DNA of 64,000 nucleotides from Gammaproteobacteria bacterium (GTDB lineage Bacteria; Pseudomonadota; Gammaproteobacteria; UBA1113): NCBI GenBank assembly GCA_021773295.1, contig JAJFKI010000097.1, positions 2,508 to 66,507 of the forward strand, read 5' to 3'. Shown piece by piece: positions 60,360 to 64,000 of this stretch (position 1 is its first letter; each line of letters starts with the position of its first letter). The notes under the pieces were generated by a model. It saw only the letters and a program-made list of their open reading frames with translations, ran no database searches and was not told where the DNA came from. The position numbers and the translations under genes were made by a program.

Positions 60360-61838
60360 TCACAAGGCTGAGGGGACAATAGTTATTCCCGGTGTTATAG
60401 TTTCTGGCATTATCAAGCGCTCTGCTTCCAAACTTGCTACAGGATAAGCACAATAGTCTGCTGCATAAAAAGCACTGGGACGATGATTACCGCTGAAGCC
60501 TACGCCGCCGAAGGGTTGGGCACTGCTGGCGCCAGTTAATTGTTGATTCCAGTTGATGACACCTGCGTTGACATGTTGGTAAAACTGTTTGAATTCTTCG
60601 GCGTTATTACTGAATAAGCCTGCAGATAAACCATAGTTGGTGTTATTGGCTTCTATGATCGCTGCTTCAAAGTCTGCGACGCGGATAACTTGCAATAAAG
60701 GACCGAAGAATTCTGTATCATAGCGCTCCTCAACTCCCGTTACATCCATGATGCCTGGTGCTAATAAGCCTGTTTCTGGTACTAATCGTTCTAATGGTTT
60801 TAATACTTTCGCGCCACGCTTTGAAAAATCATCTTGGGCCATTATTAATTGCTGTGCGATTTTTTTAGAAATTACGGGACCCATGAAGGGTTCTGGATCT
60901 TCGGTGTAGTGTCCTACTTTTATATTTGATGTCATGTTGACTAAGGCTTGAATAAATTCATCACCCTGACCACCTTCTGGCACAATTAAGCGCCTGGCGC
61001 AAGTGCAACGCTGGCCGGCTGTGATGAATGCGGATTGAATCGTGTAATAAGCAGCTGTTTGTATATCATCAATATCTGTGACAACTAAGGGATTATTACC
61101 CCCCATTTCTAATGCCAAAATAATTTCAGGATGAGCTGCAAAATGTTTATTTAAACTCACACCTGTTTTGTAACTTCCAGTAAACAATAAACCATTAATA
61201 CTTGTGCTAGATAATAGTTTTTGGCCAATGCTGCCCGTGCCTTGTATGAGATTAATGACACCTTTTGGTAAATCAGTCGCTTGCCAACAGTGCATCACAG
61301 CTTCAGCAATGAGCGGTGTTTGTGAACTAGGTTTTAATATTACCGTGTTACCCGCCAATAATGCCGGGATAATATGTCCATTGGGTAGGTGGGCTGGAAA
61401 ATTATAAGGACCAATAACGACAAACACACCATGGGGTTTATGACGTGTTGTGGCAGTCGCTTGTCCCATTGAACTACTCACCCTCCCGCTACGAGCATGA
61501 TAAGCCTTATCTGAAATATTTGCCTTGGCTGTCATCGCTTTTATTTCAGTCGCTGCTTCCCATAATGGCTTACCGACTTCTTTTGATAAAGTCTGGGTTA
61601 ACTGGGCTTCGTTCTTTTTTAATTGTTCTGCAAATTGTTTCACCACTTGGAGGCGTTCTTCGTAAGGTCGTAACATCCATTCCTTAAATGCAGATCTAGC
61701 AGACTTAATAGCATGATTGACTTGGTCATGACTCGCTTCGTGACCGCGCCAAATAACGTCATTATTAGCGGGATCTAAAGAAGAAAATTGCGCGCCTTTG
61801 CCACGCTCCCATTCGCCATTAATCCATAAATTATCCAT
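60360..61838 (-). CDS. astD: N-succinylglutamate 5-semialdehyde dehydrogenase
   Basis: Aldehyde dehydrogenase fold (catalytic Cys in GQRCTC; Glu in LEMGGNNP), with an AstD-like N-terminus. Sits next to astA. Confidence 0.85.
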   Translation of the reverse strand: MDNLWINGEWERGKGAQFSSLDPANNDVIWRGHEASHDQVNHAIKSARSAFKEWMLRPYEERLQVVKQFAEQLKKNEAQLTQTLSKEVGKPLWEAATEIKAMTAKANISDKAYHARSGRVSSSMGQATATTRHKPHGVFVVIGPYNFPAHLPNGHIIPALLAGNTVILKPSSQTPLIAEAVMHCWQATDLPKGVINLIQGTGSIGQKLLSSTSINGLLFTGSYKTGVSLNKHFAAHPEIILALEMGGNNPLVVTDIDDIQTAAYYTIQSAFITAGQRCTCARRLIVPEGGQGDEFIQALVNMTSNIKVGHYTEDPEPFMGPVISKKIAQQLIMAQDDFSKRGAKVLKPLERLVPETGLLAPGIMDVTGVEERYDTEFFGPLLQVIRVADFEAAIIEANNTNYGLSAGLFSNNAEEFKQFYQHVNAGVINWNQQLTGASSAQPFGGVGFSGNHRPSAFYAADYCAYPVASLEAERLIMPETITPGITIVPSAL

Positions 61839-61839
61839 G

Positions 61840-62859
61840 TTAATTCCTTATTTTTGCTAAACGAATAAAGTCTCCCACTTCAACCATCAAGGTTTCAGCA
61901 AGTTCTGGAGATAAAATAACATTGCTATTACCTACTACACTAATGGATGCAATGCAGGCTCTAAAGGATTTATGTACATTACTAATTAAATAATAATTTT
62001 GTGGCTTAATTGTTTGAATTGAATCAATTGAAAATAACTGACTTTCTCTCACCGTATTTAATTGTTGTTTACTGGCTTCGAGGCAAGGTCCAGCATCAAA
62101 TAAATCCACATATCCCTGAAAACAAAACCCTTCTTTTTCTAACATTTTTTTCGCAGGTACGGTATTTTGATGTGCGATTCCAATCACTTCTTGAGCCGAC
62201 TTTGGTAATAACTCCGTGCAAATAGGAATGGTTGGCATTAAGTCATGCACAAATTGTTTGTTTCCTGATCCTAACATATAAACCGCTTGCGCGAAGTCCA
62301 TATCAAAAAAATGTTTGCCCACGGCTTGCCAAAAAGGTGAATAACCACTCTTATCAGAGATCCCTCGTAGCTCCGCAATAACTTTATCCGCAAAGCGGTG
62401 AGGCTCATTAGCCATATACAATAAGCGGCTCAGTGAGAGCAGCTTACCATTATGCTGACGCCGGTATTGTGGGGATAGATATAAGGTACAAAGCTCACTA
62501 TTGCCCTCATAATCATTTACCATGCTCAAAAAGGAAATTTTCTTTTTTATATTTAACTCTTCTGATTGCATGGTGTGATGTGATAGTTTATAAAAATAAT
62601 AAGGTCGGTTTAAACCGAGTACTGCATCAATGGCACTACACCCTATTATCTTATCGGTTTTAGTACACTGCATGACAAACAAATAATATTCATCGCCTGG
62701 GGTTTCAACATCTGTCTTAAAACTTTTGATGGAGCTATTAATTTTACTTTTTAAAACCGTTTCATCAGCGGGTAATGTTGTTAACCCTGAGCCTACCATT
62801 TTAGCCAAAGCATACAAGCCCTCAATATCTTCTGCCTGTATTGGTCTTATGATATTCAT
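61840..62859 (-). CDS. astA: Arginine N-succinyltransferase
   Basis: MNIIRPIQAEDIEGLYALA... AstA/AruF family; 339 aa. Confidence 0.85.
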   Translation of the reverse strand: MNIIRPIQAEDIEGLYALAKMVGSGLTTLPADETVLKSKINSSIKSFKTDVETPGDEYYLFVMQCTKTDKIIGCSAIDAVLGLNRPYYFYKLSHHTMQSEELNIKKKISFLSMVNDYEGNSELCTLYLSPQYRRQHNGKLLSLSRLLYMANEPHRFADKVIAELRGISDKSGYSPFWQAVGKHFFDMDFAQAVYMLGSGNKQFVHDLMPTIPICTELLPKSAQEVIGIAHQNTVPAKKMLEKEGFCFQGYVDLFDAGPCLEASKQQLNTVRESQLFSIDSIQTIKPQNYYLISNVHKSFRACIASISVVGNSNVILSPELAETLMVEVGDFIRLAKIRN

Positions 62860-64000
62860 TGATTTTGTCTTAACAAAAATATTGCTAACAACTTCGCTCT
62901 TTCAACTAAGCTATCAATGTAAATAAATTCTTTGTCCGTATGTATGTTTTCACCACGCACACCTAAGGAGTCGATCGTCGGCAACCCAGCTGCTGCTAAA
63001 TTGTTGCCATCGCAGCAGCCCCCTGATTTTTTCCAATGAAGATCGACACCCTGCTCTTCGCTAATTTCACGAAAGCTTTCTAGCAAGTTTAATGTTGCAT
63101 CATTTAAAGGTTTTGGTGGGCGTGTGAACTGACCATGTAAGTGAGTCACAACACCCATTGCAGTTTCTATCTCTTTTAATATTTTTTTAAACCGTTGTAT
63201 AATCCAGGCTTGATCATCTCCTTGTGCTAAGCGCACATCTAACCAGGCCACGGCTTTGTGTGGCACACGGTTAACTGCGCCGCCACCAATAATACGCCCG
63301 ACATTGACGGTGAGCTCTGGACGTTGGCCACTGAGTTGATGCAGTTGCTCCGCTACTCTCGACAAGGCAACGATGGCATTTATCCCTTTATCAAAAGCAC
63401 GACCAGCATGAGCCGCTTTGCCTTCTATGACAATGGTAAATTTACCCGATCCTTTGCGCTCTGAAGCAAGACATCCTTGTTCACCCAACCCTGGCTCGAA
63501 GATTAAACCAATATCATGATATTTTGCGGCTTGTTCTAGGAAGGGTGCCGAGGCAATTGATCCAATTTCTTCATCAGGATTAATAATGACTTCCCAGCCC
63601 ATATTATCAATGCCTTGTTGCTCTAAAATTTTAAGCGCGTGCAACACAACGATTAAACCACCCTTCATGTCCGTGACTCCAGGACCATTTAAACGCTTGT
63701 CATCTAACCACTGGCATTGTTGAAATTCATCGTCAGCGGCAAACACCGTATCCATATGACCGCAGAGTAAGATTTGTTTTGCAGCTTTAGGACGTTTGCG
63801 CCAGCGCAGTAAATCACCGACGGGTAATTCCTCAATGACACCGCAGTTATTAACGTGTTGAATGGGAGATAAGGGCGTTCGCTCAAACGTAGCTTCTAGG
63901 GGCCCAAATGCCACACTGATCACGTCTGCTATATTATCGAGGCCCTCTTTATTATATGTCCCCGAATTGATGAGTGCCCACTGCTGCAGCTGATCAATCA
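62856..64000 (-). CDS. M20-family metallopeptidase (ArgE/DapE-like deacylase); N-terminus beyond the window end
   Basis: LLCGHMDTVF metal-binding His/Asp block and the GVTDMKGG motif. The frame stays open to position 64000. Confidence 0.75.
   Translation of the reverse strand, partial: IDQLQQWALINSGTYNKEGLDNIADVISVAFGPLEATFERTPLSPIQHVNNCGVIEELPVGDLLRWRKRPKAAKQILLCGHMDTVFAADDEFQQCQWLDDKRLNGPGVTDMKGGLIVVLHALKILEQQGIDNMGWEVIINPDEEIGSIASAPFLEQAAKYHDIGLIFEPGLGEQGCLASERKGSGKFTIVIEGKAAHAGRAFDKGINAIVALSRVAEQLHQLSGQRPELTVNVGRIIGGGAVNRVPHKAVAWLDVRLAQGDDQAWIIQRFKKILKEIETAMGVVTHLHGQFTRPPKPLNDATLNLLESFREISEEQGVDLHWKKSGGCCDGNNLAAAGLPTIDSLGVRGENIHTDKEFIYIDSLVERAKLLAIFLLRQNQ

Overview
This 64-kb window reads as a gammaproteobacterial chromosome, roughly 42-45% GC by eye. 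The backbone is housekeeping and closely syntenic with E. coli and Pseudomonas: the start of the dcw cluster (ftsI-ftsL-rsmH-mraZ), rnpB, rsmI, xthA/pyrE, algC-like-dut-coaBC divergent from radC-rpmB-rpmG-mutM, coaD, alr-dnaB, rplI-rpsR-rpsF (no priB), rlmB-rnr, tRNA-Leu(CAG), purA-yjeT-hflC-hflK-hflX-hfq, a class-II DAHP synthase, a PhoU-like/Pit pair, a nucleoside-salvage cluster (cdd, PNP, deoC, UDP-like phosphorylase, tdk, add) and an arginine succinyltransferase segment (astA-astD plus an M20 peptidase).

Several accessory insertions sit on this backbone:
- a Gp49/HigB-like toxin plus HTH antitoxin plus a Cys-rich hypothetical protein, wedged between mraZ and rnpB;
- two giant ankyrin-repeat proteins (1252 and 963 aa) flanking rsmI, each with a KGKGK-rich basic patch and coiled-coil or TM segments; I read these as candidate eukaryotic-like secreted effectors;
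- a hipBA module, a ~160-bp imperfect palindrome, a periplasmic alpha-carbonic anhydrase, GGT and a ferredoxin, all inserted between mutM and coaD;
- a 607-aa alpha/beta-hydrolase-motif protein and a 713-aa membrane protein carrying an (SD)5 microsatellite.

Non-coding features I can see directly: RNase P RNA (absent from the ORF track), a MraZ-box direct repeat upstream of mraZ, a REP-like GGGCGGTTCGCGAACCGCCC palindrome family (three copies), and an 18/9-bp tandem repeat that gives ribosomal protein S6 an (ERGDRG)n C-terminal tail. No CRISPR array, integrase or transposase was seen.

The lineage guess (Legionellales-like intracellular bacterium) rests only on the ankyrin and NLS-like proteins and is not verified. 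All functional calls are motif- or homology-based from memory; no database search was run.
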